Shown here: positions 8,359-18,258 of the stretch, one piece after another
Layout: every line of letters starts with the position of its first letter
How positions within the stretch are numbered: position 1 is the first letter of the stretch
Virus record (IMG/VR): IMGVR_UViG_3300040815_002027
DNA length: 64,000 nt
Strand: one strand, 5' to 3'
From: a virus
The notes under the pieces: model-generated
Database searches by the model: none
What the model saw: the letters and a program-made list of their open reading frames with translations, nothing else
Told to the model about the DNA's origin: nothing
Made by a program: the position numbers and the translations under genes

Positions 8359-10185
8359 ATGGAAAATAATTCTTTTAGAAGTAGGTTAGCAAGTCTTTTC
8401 TCAACTCAAGTTATAGTTAGGAGAACAGGAAAAAGAAAAGTTAAGGTATTCGATACTTCAAAAATGCAGTCTGTTGGTACTAGAGATAGTGCCTATAGAG
8501 GTAGATATACAGGAGTTCATACCTATAAGTCTCACGGATACTATACTCCCAATGCTTCTACTAACTTTTTTGCTACAAAATTAGAACTTTACCGAGACTA
8601 CGAGGCTATGGATGAAGATCCTATATTAGCTTCTGCTTTAGATATATACGCAGATGAGACTACAGTTAAATCTGGAGATGGGACTATCTTACATATAAGT
8701 TCGGAAGATGATAAAATAAAACAAATACTACATAACTTATTTTATGATATTCTAAACATAGAGTTTAATCTATGGCCTTGGGTTAGAAATGCTTGTAAAT
8801 ATGGTGACTTTTACTTAGCTCTTGATTTAGATGAAGAGTTAGGGGTTGTTAATGTTATTCCTATGTCTTCGTATGATGTACAAAGACTTGAGGGGATGGA
8901 AGTAGTTCAAAATAATATGAATACTTCTGACCAGACTTTTCCAAACTATAATCCCTATGATGTAAGGTTTAGGTACGATCCTCTTACTAATAGAAATCCT
9001 TTACTTAGAGATGAATACGCATATTATGAAATTGCTCATTTTAGACTTCTCTCTGATACTAATTTTCTTCCTTATGGTAGGTCTATGTTGGAGCCTGCGA
9101 GAAAAGAGTTTAAAAGATTAGCCCTTATGGAAGATGCTATGATGATTCATAGAATTATGCGTGCGCCTCAAAGACGAGTCTATAAAGTGTCTGTTGGGAA
9201 CTTATCTCCTAATGATATAGACCAGTATATGCAGAAGATTATAGACAGTACAAAAAAGATTCCTTATATTGACGAGAAGACAGGGCAGTATAATTTGAAG
9301 TTTAATCTTCAAAATATGGTTGAGGATATTTACATTCCTGTTAGGGGTGGAGATGCTGGTACAGAGATAGAGACTTTAGAAGGTCTTGGAAATGAAGGGT
9401 TTATCGAGGATGTTGACTATATTAAGCAGAAGATGATGGCTGCTCTAAAAATACCAAGAGCTTTCTTAGGATTCGATGAGAACCTGGATGGCAAAGCTTT
9501 ATTAGCTGCTGAAGATGTTAGATTTGCTAGAACTATAGAAAGGATACAAAGTATATTTGAGTCTGAATTAAATAAGATTGCAGTTATACATTTATTCTTA
9601 CAAGGATATACTGATGCTTCTTTAATTGACTTTGAACTTAAACTAAATAATCCTTCTATTGTATATGAAAGACAGAGGGTTGAGATAATGACCGAGAAGA
9701 TGAATCTTGTTAATGCTATGAAGGATTCTAAGATGGTTTCTAGGAAAGCTATATTTGAGAATGTTCTTAATTTATCTACTGACGAATGGAAGGATGAAGA
9801 AGATTTGATACTTCAAGATCAAGCTACTAACTGGAGACTTACTCAAATGGAGAGTGAAGGTAATGACCCTAAAAAGTCGGGAGAAGTAAAAGGAACTCCG
9901 CATTCTATAGCACAGATGCAGATAGGAAAAGAGGATGATAAGATAACTGCATTTGATTTAGAAAAGGATGATAAGTATGTGGATAAGGGAGGTAGACCTA
10001 AATCTTTAAGAAAGTTTGGTACAGATAGGGATAAAGCCAATGGCAGAGACCCTTTAGGTTTCCAAAGAACAATGTCTGATACTGGATTTTCTACAAGAGG
10101 TTTTAATGAAACAAAAGATTTAATAGACTCTTTGAATAAGAAATTTAAAAAAGAGCCTTTAAATGAAATGTTAGGAGAAGATTGA
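8359..10185 (+). CDS. Portal protein (T4 gp20-like)
   Basis: LMEDAMMIHRIMRAPQRRVYKV, EDIYIPVRGG..GTEIETL, ALKIP. Confidence 0.95.
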   Translation: MENNSFRSRLASLFSTQVIVRRTGKRKVKVFDTSKMQSVGTRDSAYRGRYTGVHTYKSHGYYTPNASTNFFATKLELYRDYEAMDEDPILASALDIYADETTVKSGDGTILHISSEDDKIKQILHNLFYDILNIEFNLWPWVRNACKYGDFYLALDLDEELGVVNVIPMSSYDVQRLEGMEVVQNNMNTSDQTFPNYNPYDVRFRYDPLTNRNPLLRDEYAYYEIAHFRLLSDTNFLPYGRSMLEPARKEFKRLALMEDAMMIHRIMRAPQRRVYKVSVGNLSPNDIDQYMQKIIDSTKKIPYIDEKTGQYNLKFNLQNMVEDIYIPVRGGDAGTEIETLEGLGNEGFIEDVDYIKQKMMAALKIPRAFLGFDENLDGKALLAAEDVRFARTIERIQSIFESELNKIAVIHLFLQGYTDASLIDFELKLNNPSIVYERQRVEIMTEKMNLVNAMKDSKMVSRKAIFENVLNLSTDEWKDEEDLILQDQATNWRLTQMESEGNDPKKSGEVKGTPHSIAQMQIGKEDDKITAFDLEKDDKYVDKGGRPKSLRKFGTDRDKANGRDPLGFQRTMSDTGFSTRGFNETKDLIDSLNKKFKKEPLNEMLGED

Positions 10186-10187
10186 TA

Positions 10188-10195
10188 TACTTATA
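10188..10195 (+). promoter_or_regulatory. Putative late promoter TACTTATA
   Basis: Single-base variant of the motif, intergenic. Confidence 0.55.
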
Positions 10196-10215
10196 TATAA
10201 ACAAATGTCATAAAT

Positions 10216-11052
10216 ATGACTAAAAAATTTAAGCATAAGAAGTTAAAGAATACTGGTCTGTTGTATGAGTTGCTCATAAGACAAATGACCAGTGATGTAC
10301 TTCAAGGAAAAAAACCTACTAGTGTTTCTATTATAAAGAAATATTTTAGAAAAGATTCTCCTTTAATGGAGGAGTTAAAACTATATAATTCTATATTAGA
10401 AGCTAAGGAAAAAGATTCTAACTTTGCTTTACAAATAGTAGAATCAGCTATAAGCAGTAGAAAGTTTATAGATGACGATAAGCTACAAAAAGATAAATAT
10501 AATCTAATAAAAGAAATAAACGAGAATTTTGATAGAGATTTATTCTTAAAAACTCAAGTAGATAATTATAAAGTATATGCATCTTTATTTAATTTGTTTG
10601 AGTATAAAGATTCTGAAAATCCTAACTTATATCTTAAGAATAAACTATATGTAGCTAACTTTATTATAAGTGAGAGAAAAGAGCATAGCCAAGAGAAGAG
10701 TGAGTTATTGGAAGGTCTAGATCCTGAGATGAAGGCTCTGACCTTTAAACTTTTGGTGGAGAAGTTTAATAACAAGTTTAGTAGTTTAAACGAAAACCAA
10801 AAAGCTATACTAAGACACTTTATATTCAACTCAGTTGATAGTTTAGACACAAAGAAGTTTATAGCAGAACAAGTAGATTATATTAGCGAATCTATTAAAA
10901 AGTCTATAGCTAATACAAAAGATACAGTTCTTATTATAAAACTAAAAGAAATACTGAACCTACTTCCTGAGATAAAGAATGTAAACTTTGTAACAGAATC
11001 TCAGTACCTTTCTTTAATAAGATATCATCAATTAGTAGAGGAGCTTAAGTAA
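10216..11052 (+). CDS. Head-module hypothetical protein
   Basis: 278-aa ORF between portal and protease, preceded by the late motif. Confidence 0.55.
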   Translation: MTKKFKHKKLKNTGLLYELLIRQMTSDVLQGKKPTSVSIIKKYFRKDSPLMEELKLYNSILEAKEKDSNFALQIVESAISSRKFIDDDKLQKDKYNLIKEINENFDRDLFLKTQVDNYKVYASLFNLFEYKDSENPNLYLKNKLYVANFIISERKEHSQEKSELLEGLDPEMKALTFKLLVEKFNNKFSSLNENQKAILRHFIFNSVDSLDTKKFIAEQVDYISESIKKSIANTKDTVLIIKLKEILNLLPEIKNVNFVTESQYLSLIRYHQLVEELK

Positions 11053-11057
11053 TTTTT

Positions 11058-11684
11058 ATGAATAGAAACTCTTTAGTGTATCAACTTAATGTTCTACTAG
11101 AGAATACCTCTATAGATAGAGAGTTAGGCGAATTACAGAGAGTGGCTCAGGACTTAAAAAGAAATGAGGGCATAGAGATAAGTGTTGATAGTTTAAAGAA
11201 GTTGTTTTATGATGCTGATGAGGTTACTTTAGATAAAAAAGTGTGGGAGAAGCTAGAAAATACAGAATCAAACGATATTAAGAAGGGTGATATGGATGCA
11301 GCATATAAAGTTGCTAATACATATAATAAGACCAATCCTGATAAACTAAAACGTAAATTTGAGAATGATACATACGAAAGACCTCTTATTTTAAAGTTTG
11401 GAGATAGGTATCATTTAGTTGCTGGTAATACTAGATTATCTACAGCAGCTGCTATGGGTTTTACTCCTAAAGTTATTATAGCAGAATTGCCTACAGAATT
11501 AGTTGAAGAGAATGTTTCTGCAAATGTAGCTGGATATCAATCTCCTAATATATTTATGTCTAAGCCTGCAAGAAAATCAGATAAGAAGAAACAAGATGAT
11601 ATAATTTATCAACTCCCTTTTAAGAAAGCTAAAAAATCTTATAAAAATACAATCAAAGCTTATAGCAGTAAAAAAAATAAATAA
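11058..11684 (+). CDS. ParB/Srx-like domain protein
   Basis: RPLILKFGDRYHLVAGNTRLSTA resembles the ParB N-terminal G-x-x-R motif. Confidence 0.55.
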   Translation: MNRNSLVYQLNVLLENTSIDRELGELQRVAQDLKRNEGIEISVDSLKKLFYDADEVTLDKKVWEKLENTESNDIKKGDMDAAYKVANTYNKTNPDKLKRKFENDTYERPLILKFGDRYHLVAGNTRLSTAAAMGFTPKVIIAELPTELVEENVSANVAGYQSPNIFMSKPARKSDKKKQDDIIYQLPFKKAKKSYKNTIKAYSSKKNK

Positions 11685-11686
11685 AG

Positions 11687-13405
11687 ATGAAAGATTTATT
11701 AGTAGAATATATACCATTTAATATTTCTCCTAGTATAATACAGGAGAGTATTTCTATTAATGGCAAGATACTAGTCTCTGGAGTATTACAAAGAGCTGGA
11801 GCAAAGAATCAGAATGGTAGAGTTTACCCTAAAGATGTTTTACAAAGAGAAGCTGAAAAGTACAATCAGGAGTTTGTAGCTCAAAATAGAGCATTGGGTG
11901 AATTGGACCACCCAGAGTGCCTAACATCTTCAGCTGAATTAATGACAACAGATGGATGGAAGTATCTTAAAGATTTGTCTGGTTCTGAAAAAGTTTTTAC
12001 TTTAAATAGATTTACTAATGAAATAGAAGTAAAGTCTATAAATAAAGTAATAAATGAGCCGTATAAAGGTAAGATGGTGGTAATAAAAGGTAAAAACATT
12101 AATACGACTGTAACTCCTAATCATAAATTTATAGTCACAGATAGAAATGGTGTGAACACTTTTATTACTGCACAAGAAATATTAGATTTATCTAAAAAAA
12201 TAAAGGTATCTCATTTAGCTATACCTAAAACAGGTATTTGGAGAAAAGATGCTTATGAAGATTCTTTTACTATAGATCCTGTAGAAACTAATAAAAGGTC
12301 TTCTAAGAAAAGATCTGAAGAGCAATCTAAACCTTTAGTTCTGAACACTAAAGCTTTTTTCGCCTTTTTGGGATTCTATTTTGCTGAAGGAGGTGTGGAT
12401 AAATCAGGGAGATCTAATTCTATAACTTTTACTCAAAACAAAGGAGAAGTTTTAGATGAGTTTAAGTCTATACTAAAAGAATTAAGTGATGAACTACATT
12501 GGAAAGAGTATCCCAAGTCTTTGAAAAGCGTTATGTTAAAAGTATCTGATCAGAGATTGCATACTTTTTTAAAAGATTTTGGGAATGTGTATACTAAAAG
12601 AATACCTGAATTTATAAAAGATAGCCATCCAGAATTATTAGATATTTTCTTAGAGTGGTATATAAAAGGAGATGGTACTATAGTTAGGAGTAATGGGTAT
12701 GATAGGTGTTCTGTTTTTACTGTTTCAAAAGGTATGATAGAAGACTTAAATGAGATATTAATTAAAGTAGGATCTTCTGGGGTTATAAAAGAGCAAGTGT
12801 CTAAAAAAGATTATAATTTTGCTGGAAGAGTGATACAACATAAAAATAAAAAGACGCTATATAGGCTTTGGTTTGAGAAGTCTAAATACATTCATTTAGA
12901 TTTTAGATTTATAGATGTTGAAGAAGTAGATTACGAGGGTAATGTTTATTGCATAAATACAGATAATGAAACTTTTTACTGTAGAGATAATAAAAAAAGT
13001 TTTTGGAGTGGTAATTCATCTGTAGTTAATTTAGCAAATGCTTCCCATAATGTTATAAAAATGTGGTGGGAAGGAGATGATCTTATGGGTAAGGTAGAGG
13101 TACTCCCTACACCTTCTGGTAATATTCTAAAATCATTACTAGAGTCTGGAGTTACTTTGGGTATTAGTTCTAGAGGAGTAGGTTCTGTAAAAGAAGTATT
13201 TACAGAAGATAGGCAGAAGTATTTGCAAGTACAAGAAGATTTCGAATTAGTATGTTTTGACTTTGTTTCTAACCCTTCGACTCATGGAGCATTTATGAAT
13301 CCTGTTAGAGAAAGTGTGGGAGATGCAAACAACAAGACAGCAAAAATAAATAAACTAATCACTGATATAATATGTGATATAGGGGAATATTGTCCCTGTA
13401 ACTAA
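11687..13405 (+). CDS. Prohead core protease (T4 gp21-like) containing an intein
   Basis: NQNGRVYP, ALGELDHP, LGISSRGVGS, FDFVSNPST. Confidence 0.93.
   Translation: MKDLLVEYIPFNISPSIIQESISINGKILVSGVLQRAGAKNQNGRVYPKDVLQREAEKYNQEFVAQNRALGELDHPECLTSSAELMTTDGWKYLKDLSGSEKVFTLNRFTNEIEVKSINKVINEPYKGKMVVIKGKNINTTVTPNHKFIVTDRNGVNTFITAQEILDLSKKIKVSHLAIPKTGIWRKDAYEDSFTIDPVETNKRSSKKRSEEQSKPLVLNTKAFFAFLGFYFAEGGVDKSGRSNSITFTQNKGEVLDEFKSILKELSDELHWKEYPKSLKSVMLKVSDQRLHTFLKDFGNVYTKRIPEFIKDSHPELLDIFLEWYIKGDGTIVRSNGYDRCSVFTVSKGMIEDLNEILIKVGSSGVIKEQVSKKDYNFAGRVIQHKNKKTLYRLWFEKSKYIHLDFRFIDVEEVDYEGNVYCINTDNETFYCRDNKKSFWSGNSSVVNLANASHNVIKMWWEGDDLMGKVEVLPTPSGNILKSLLESGVTLGISSRGVGSVKEVFTEDRQKYLQVQEDFELVCFDFVSNPSTHGAFMNPVRESVGDANNKTAKINKLITDIICDIGEYCPCN
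11918..13015 (+). mobile_element. Intein (366 aa) with LAGLIDADG homing endonuclease in the prohead protease
   Basis: HPE|CLTSSAE ... VTPNHKF (block B) ... FLGFYFAEG, WYIKGDG ... VYCI ... WSGN|SS. Confidence 0.92.
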
Positions 13406-13446
13406 AAAAAAATCTTATTTTTTGTAATTTTTTTGTAATTACTATA

Positions 13447-13454
13447 TACTTATA
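13447..13454 (+). promoter_or_regulatory. Putative late promoter TACTTATA within an inverted repeat
   Basis: ACTATATA-CT-TATATAGT at 13441-13458, upstream of the scaffold/capsid genes. Confidence 0.6.
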
Positions 13455-13462
13455 TAGTAGAT

Positions 13463-13527
13463 GGTATATCTATAATATATACCTAAATAAGAATTAGAAT
13501 ATTTTTTTAAGATTTATAATATCTTAA
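13463..13527 (+). promoter_or_regulatory. Twin leader hairpins with YTATAAT loops
   Basis: GGTATAT-CTATAAT-ATATACC (13463-13483) and TTAAGAT-TTATAAT-ATCTTAA (13507-13527). Confidence 0.45.
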
Positions 13528-13548
13528 TTTACAAAAAAATTATAACAA

Positions 13549-14469
13549 ATGGCCGATTTAATTAAAGAATCAATCGCAGAAGCTAAAGCTCTCAGAGATA
13601 TCGCTATTGAGAATGCTAAGGCTAGTCTAGCAGAAACATTTGCTCCTCAAATTAAAAATATGATCTCCAACAGACTTGCTGAGGGAGATGACTTATTTGA
13701 AGAAGAGGAGTTAGAAGATGCGGAAGAGACAATGGATGAAACTATCTTTGAAGTTGATGAAGAAGACTTAGAAGGTAAAGAAGAGACTATGGATGAAGCA
13801 GAGGGAGAAGATATGGAAGGCGAGGCAATAGACGAAGAGGAAGATCCAGACAGTATGTATGGAGATGACTTAGATGAAATTATTGCTGAGTTAGAAAAAG
13901 AAGTAGAAGGCGAAGATGAGATGATGGAAGGCGAGGATATGGAAGAAGAAGAGCCTGAGATGAAAGGTGAGGGCTACGGCAAGAAAGACAAAGACATCGA
14001 AGAGTATATCAATGAATTGATTGCTGAGATGGAAGGTGGAGAAGAGGAAATGGAAGATGGAGAGCCTGCACCTACAAAAGAACAGGTGGAAGAACTAGAA
14101 GACGAGTTAAAAGAAGCTTACAAAACAATTTCTTTCCTTAAAGGAAAAATGAATGAGGCAATGTTAATCAACTCCAAGCTCCTTTATTCAGGAAAGATTT
14201 TTAGATCTTATAATCTTAATGAGAGCCAGAAGGTTTCTATTTTAGAAACTTTTGACAGAGCGACTACTATTAGAGAGACAAAATTACTCTACGCTTCTTT
14301 AAGTACTACTCTCAAAGAAATTAAGTCTAATCCTAACAAGAAAGTTGCTAGACTTAAGGAGTCTAGAGCTTCTAAAGCTACATTAAGCAACACGAAGCCT
14401 GCTAAAGAAAAGGTTTTAGAGGAGAATAAGGTAGTTAGCAGATTACAACAACTTGCAGGAATTATTTAA
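13549..14469 (+). CDS. Prohead core scaffolding protein
   Basis: Very acidic helical protein between protease and capsid genes; ends RLQQLAGII. Confidence 0.8.
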   Translation: MADLIKESIAEAKALRDIAIENAKASLAETFAPQIKNMISNRLAEGDDLFEEEELEDAEETMDETIFEVDEEDLEGKEETMDEAEGEDMEGEAIDEEEDPDSMYGDDLDEIIAELEKEVEGEDEMMEGEDMEEEEPEMKGEGYGKKDKDIEEYINELIAEMEGGEEEMEDGEPAPTKEQVEELEDELKEAYKTISFLKGKMNEAMLINSKLLYSGKIFRSYNLNESQKVSILETFDRATTIRETKLLYASLSTTLKEIKSNPNKKVARLKESRASKATLSNTKPAKEKVLEENKVVSRLQQLAGII

Positions 14470-14493
14470 TTTAAAAAATTTAATTAAGAAAAA

Positions 14494-16116
14494 ATGAACA
14501 TTCAATCCTTTTTGCCAACCGATTTTAATAAGACTAGAAAGGCTGAGGTCGCTGGTCTTACTAAGAAGTGGGAAAAGCTAGGTTTGTTGGAAGGTCTTGA
14601 TGATAGAAAACAGGAAAGGTCTAATATGGCTATCTTGTTAGAGAATCAAGCTAGACAATTAGTTGTTGAAGCCAACAGAACTGGTACTGAAGCCAACTCT
14701 GAGGAGTGGGCAGGTGTAGCACTTCCACTTGTTAGACGTGTATTTACAGAGATCTCTGCTAAAGATATGGTTTCTGTACAACCTATGAACATGCCTACAG
14801 GTCTTGTATTCTTCCTTGATTTCAAATATGGAACAAACCAAGGTGGGTTCCAGACTGGATCTGGAAGAACTTCTCAAGAAGATTCTGTATTCGGTGTAAC
14901 TGATTCTAGAAGAGGAACTCCAGGTACTGGAGGTTTCTACGGAGCAGGTAGATTCTCTTATACATCTAATGATGTGTCTGCATCTGTATCTTATACAAGT
15001 GCATCTATTTCTACAACTGCTGCTTGGGATGCTGCTTTGAACTATGATGCTGTAGTATCTTCTTCTCTTGCAAGTGCAGGAACTAATATTGCTAAAGTAA
15101 CTGTTGCTACATCATCTCTTAGTGCGCCTGATATGGAGGCTGTTAGAGCATTTGCAATTAGTGGTAGCGGTATTTTATCTTACTACCCTGCATTTACAAA
15201 AGTTGATGCATCAAACAATATCGAATTTATTGTAGCAGTGACTACTGATGCTGGAGATATTGCTAACGCTGTAGTAACTTATACTAAGCAGCCTACGTTT
15301 ATTGAAAGAGGTGATTTTGAAGCAGGACAAGCTTCTGCAACATTTGACTCTCAGTTAGATATTCCAGAAATTAATTTAGAACTTAGATCTGAAGAGATTA
15401 CGGCTAAGACTCGTAAGTTAAAGACTAAGTGGACTGATGAATTTGCTCAGGATTTGAACGCATATCATTCTTTGGATGCTGAGGCAGAATTAACTGCTAT
15501 GATTTCTGAGTATATTTCTCACGAAATTGATTTGGAAATTCTTGATATGCTTATTAAGAATGCTCAAACTGTTGAGTACTGGTCTGCTAGAAACAATGAA
15601 GTATGGAATGGAAACGGATTTACTCAGCAGTCAGCAGGAACTGGTGGATACTACAACTCTCAAGGAGAATGGTTCCAGACTTTAGGAACTAAACTACAGA
15701 AAGTATCTAACGAGATTCACAGATTAGTATTGAAGGGTGGTGGAGCTAACTTTATGGTAGTTTCTCCAACTGTATCTACTGTTCTTGAGTCAATCCCTGG
15801 ATACGCTGCTAATACTGATGGAACTAAAGATCAGTATGCAATGGGTGTTCAGAAAGTAGGTACTCTTAATAGCAGATATACAGTTTATAAGAATCCTTAT
15901 ATGACTGAGAATACTATTTTGATGGGATATAGAGGATCTCAATTCTTGGAAACTGGTGCTGTTTATGCTCCTTATATTCCAATTATGATGACACCTACAG
16001 TATTAGACCCTGAAAACTTCACTCCAAGAAAAGGAATCCAGACTCGCTATGCTAAGAAGATTGTGAGACCTGAATTTTATGGAAAGATTTATGTAGGAGG
16101 TCTAGAGACTATTTAA
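14494..16116 (+). CDS. Major capsid protein (T4 gp23-like)
   Basis: VSVQPMNMPTGLVF, AKTRKLK, AQDLNAYHSLDAEAEL, YAPYIP, FTPRKGIQTRY. Confidence 0.97.
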   Translation: MNIQSFLPTDFNKTRKAEVAGLTKKWEKLGLLEGLDDRKQERSNMAILLENQARQLVVEANRTGTEANSEEWAGVALPLVRRVFTEISAKDMVSVQPMNMPTGLVFFLDFKYGTNQGGFQTGSGRTSQEDSVFGVTDSRRGTPGTGGFYGAGRFSYTSNDVSASVSYTSASISTTAAWDAALNYDAVVSSSLASAGTNIAKVTVATSSLSAPDMEAVRAFAISGSGILSYYPAFTKVDASNNIEFIVAVTTDAGDIANAVVTYTKQPTFIERGDFEAGQASATFDSQLDIPEINLELRSEEITAKTRKLKTKWTDEFAQDLNAYHSLDAEAELTAMISEYISHEIDLEILDMLIKNAQTVEYWSARNNEVWNGNGFTQQSAGTGGYYNSQGEWFQTLGTKLQKVSNEIHRLVLKGGGANFMVVSPTVSTVLESIPGYAANTDGTKDQYAMGVQKVGTLNSRYTVYKNPYMTENTILMGYRGSQFLETGAVYAPYIPIMMTPTVLDPENFTPRKGIQTRYAKKIVRPEFYGKIYVGGLETI

Positions 16117-16144
16117 GGTTTTCTGTCGCTTATAGATATTTTTT

Positions 16145-16173
16145 AAACCCTGGCTTTTTGCCAGGGTTTTTTT
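16145..16173 (+). terminator. Rho-independent terminator after the capsid gene
   Basis: AAACCCTGGC-TTTTT-GCCAGGGTTT perfect stem followed by a T tract. Confidence 0.9.
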
Positions 16174-16185
16174 GTTTTAGGTGTA

Positions 16186-16193
16186 TATTTATA
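16186..16193 (+). promoter_or_regulatory. Putative late promoter TATTTATA
   Basis: Immediately after the terminator and before phoH. Confidence 0.65.
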
Positions 16194-16217
16194 TATGACA
16201 CAAAACCTATAAAATAG

Positions 16218-16874
16218 ATGGCAGAAAACATCGAGAAGAAAGCACCTAAGAGTAGTGTAAAGTTTTCAATATCTTTATCTGAAGAGCAGAAGTTAGCGAA
16301 GGAACAGATACTAAAACACCCTTATAATTTTATCTTTGGAGAAGCAGGAACTGGTAAGACTCTACTGAGTATACAGATTGCTTTGGATAAGTACTTTAAA
16401 AGGGAGATAAATAGGATAGTCATTACTAGACCTACAGTATCTTCTGAGAATATTGGGTTTTTACCTGGAAGTATTCAGGAGAAAATGGAGCCTTGGTTAA
16501 TACCTATAATGGACAACATAAGAAAGGTTTATTCAAAAGATAACATAATAGAGAAAATGTTTGAAGATGGTGCTATAGAGATAGTATCTTTGTCTCACTT
16601 TAGAGGTCTTACTTTTGACAATGCTGTTTGTATTGTTGATGAGTGTCAAAACCTTACTGTAGAGCAAACTGCTATGTGTATAGGTAGATTAGGTAAAGAC
16701 AGTCAAATGATGTTTTGCGGAGATTATAGACAGGTGGATTTAAAGTATAATGAAGATAGTGGACTATCAAAAATAAAGAACTTAGAGAATAGTTCTTATG
16801 TTTATATTGTAGAATTATTAGAAAACCATAGACACCCAGCTTTAAAAGAAGTTTTAAGATTATATTATTCATAA
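16218..16874 (+). CDS. phoH: PhoH-family ATPase
   Basis: GEAGTGKT, ITRP, GFLPG, FRGLTF, IVDECQN, GDYRQVD, NHRH. Confidence 0.95.
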   Translation: MAENIEKKAPKSSVKFSISLSEEQKLAKEQILKHPYNFIFGEAGTGKTLLSIQIALDKYFKREINRIVITRPTVSSENIGFLPGSIQEKMEPWLIPIMDNIRKVYSKDNIIEKMFEDGAIEIVSLSHFRGLTFDNAVCIVDECQNLTVEQTAMCIGRLGKDSQMMFCGDYRQVDLKYNEDSGLSKIKNLENSSYVYIVELLENHRHPALKEVLRLYYS

Positions 16875-16889
16875 ATTAAATTCGTTATT

Positions 16890-17864
16890 ATGGAGTTACC
16901 AGGAGATCCATTATTTTTAGAGGAGCATGAAGAAGTGGATACAGTTTTTACTGATTTTGCATATACCGAAAAATATGTAATTGTACATATAGAGGGAGGT
17001 TTAGGGAAACACATAGCAGCTACGGCAGTTTTAAAGGCTGTAAAAAAGAAGTATAGCGATAGAAAAATTATTGTAGTATGTGGTTATCCAGAGGTGTTCC
17101 TATGGAACCCTGATTGTTGGAGGGTGTATGGCTTAGGAAATACCCCCTATTTTTATGATGATTATGTAAGAGGTAAGGATACTATTATCTTAAAAAATGA
17201 TCCTTATGCTACTACTGACCATATTCATCAAAGGAGACATCTTATAGAAAGTTGGTGCGAGGCCTTTGGATTAGAGTATGATAATGAACTTCCTAACTTA
17301 TATACTCCTTATAGAATGGCAGAGTTAGTTATACAAAAATACTCTAATAGAAATAAGCCTATTCTTCTTTTACATACAAATGGAGGTCCTTACAACGCTG
17401 ATAATAACTATGACGTTAATCAACTAGTAAGTTGGTCTAGAGATATGCCTTTGCCTATAGCTGAAGGTATAGTTAAACATTTCTCTAAAACACATCACAT
17501 TATTCAAATTTGTAAGAGTAAAGAGAATAGGATTCCTGGAGTAGAGCATATAGTAGGTCCTCAATACAATTTAGAGCTAATATCTTTACTTAGGATAGCT
17601 GATAAGAGGATTTTAATAGACTCATGTCTACAGCATGCAGCAGCTGCCTTTAGACTTCCTTCTACAGTATTGTGGAATGGAACATCTCCTACGGTTTTTG
17701 GATATAGCCTACACAATAATATCACTCCTAAAAGGGAGTATATGGAAGGATTTAAGAATATAAAAGCTTACTTATATGACTATGAGCTTTGGGGAGACCC
17801 AATTCAGTGTCCTTATGATACTAATGACATTTATGATTTAGAAACAATAGTAAAAACAACTTAA
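16890..17864 (+). CDS. GT9-like (heptosyltransferase-fold) glycosyltransferase, paralogue 1
   Basis: HIEGGLGKHIAATA at the N-terminus; LIDSCLQHAAAAFRLPSTVLW matches the GT9 D-S/T-x-x-x-H-x-A-A motif. Confidence 0.75.
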   Translation: MELPGDPLFLEEHEEVDTVFTDFAYTEKYVIVHIEGGLGKHIAATAVLKAVKKKYSDRKIIVVCGYPEVFLWNPDCWRVYGLGNTPYFYDDYVRGKDTIILKNDPYATTDHIHQRRHLIESWCEAFGLEYDNELPNLYTPYRMAELVIQKYSNRNKPILLLHTNGGPYNADNNYDVNQLVSWSRDMPLPIAEGIVKHFSKTHHIIQICKSKENRIPGVEHIVGPQYNLELISLLRIADKRILIDSCLQHAAAAFRLPSTVLWNGTSPTVFGYSLHNNITPKREYMEGFKNIKAYLYDYELWGDPIQCPYDTNDIYDLETIVKTT

Positions 17865-17865
17865 A

Positions 17866-18219
17866 ATGCTAGTTTTTAAAATGCCTTGGAAGCAAGAGAC
17901 AGTAAATTTGGAGTCTGTTATTCTTGTTCTAAAAACTTACTCTATTACTAGGGAGGATTTTGAGCATATTATTAACGGAGAAGATGGGGAAGAACGTATA
18001 TCTTGGAAACACAAAATAAGATTAGTTTCTATATTTGAGGTGTATCCAGATGAAGATTCTTTTAGAAGAAGGGTTTTACCAATAACCTTGGTAAAAGATA
18101 CTCATTTACTTGGTAAAGTGGATCAAGAATATGAGAAAATTGTGTGGGAGAAGTTAAAAACTAAAAAAGACGATCTACAAGAGTTCTGGAAAGGTGAAGT
18201 TATTAGTATAGAGGTATAA
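17866..18219 (+). CDS. Hypothetical protein
   Basis: ORF tightly packed in the operon. Confidence 0.5.
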   Translation: MLVFKMPWKQETVNLESVILVLKTYSITREDFEHIINGEDGEERISWKHKIRLVSIFEVYPDEDSFRRRVLPITLVKDTHLLGKVDQEYEKIVWEKLKTKKDDLQEFWKGEVISIEV

Positions 18220-18237
18220 TAATAAAAGTTTTCATAC

Positions 18238-18245
18238 TATTTATA
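18238..18245 (+). promoter_or_regulatory. Putative late promoter TATTTATA
   Basis: Intergenic. Confidence 0.65.
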
Positions 18246-18258
18246 TATAAAGAATAGT

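Noticed and set aside
14659-14877. Cys/His-containing antisense ORF in the capsid gene
   Set aside because: Fully inside the major capsid gene with no independent signals
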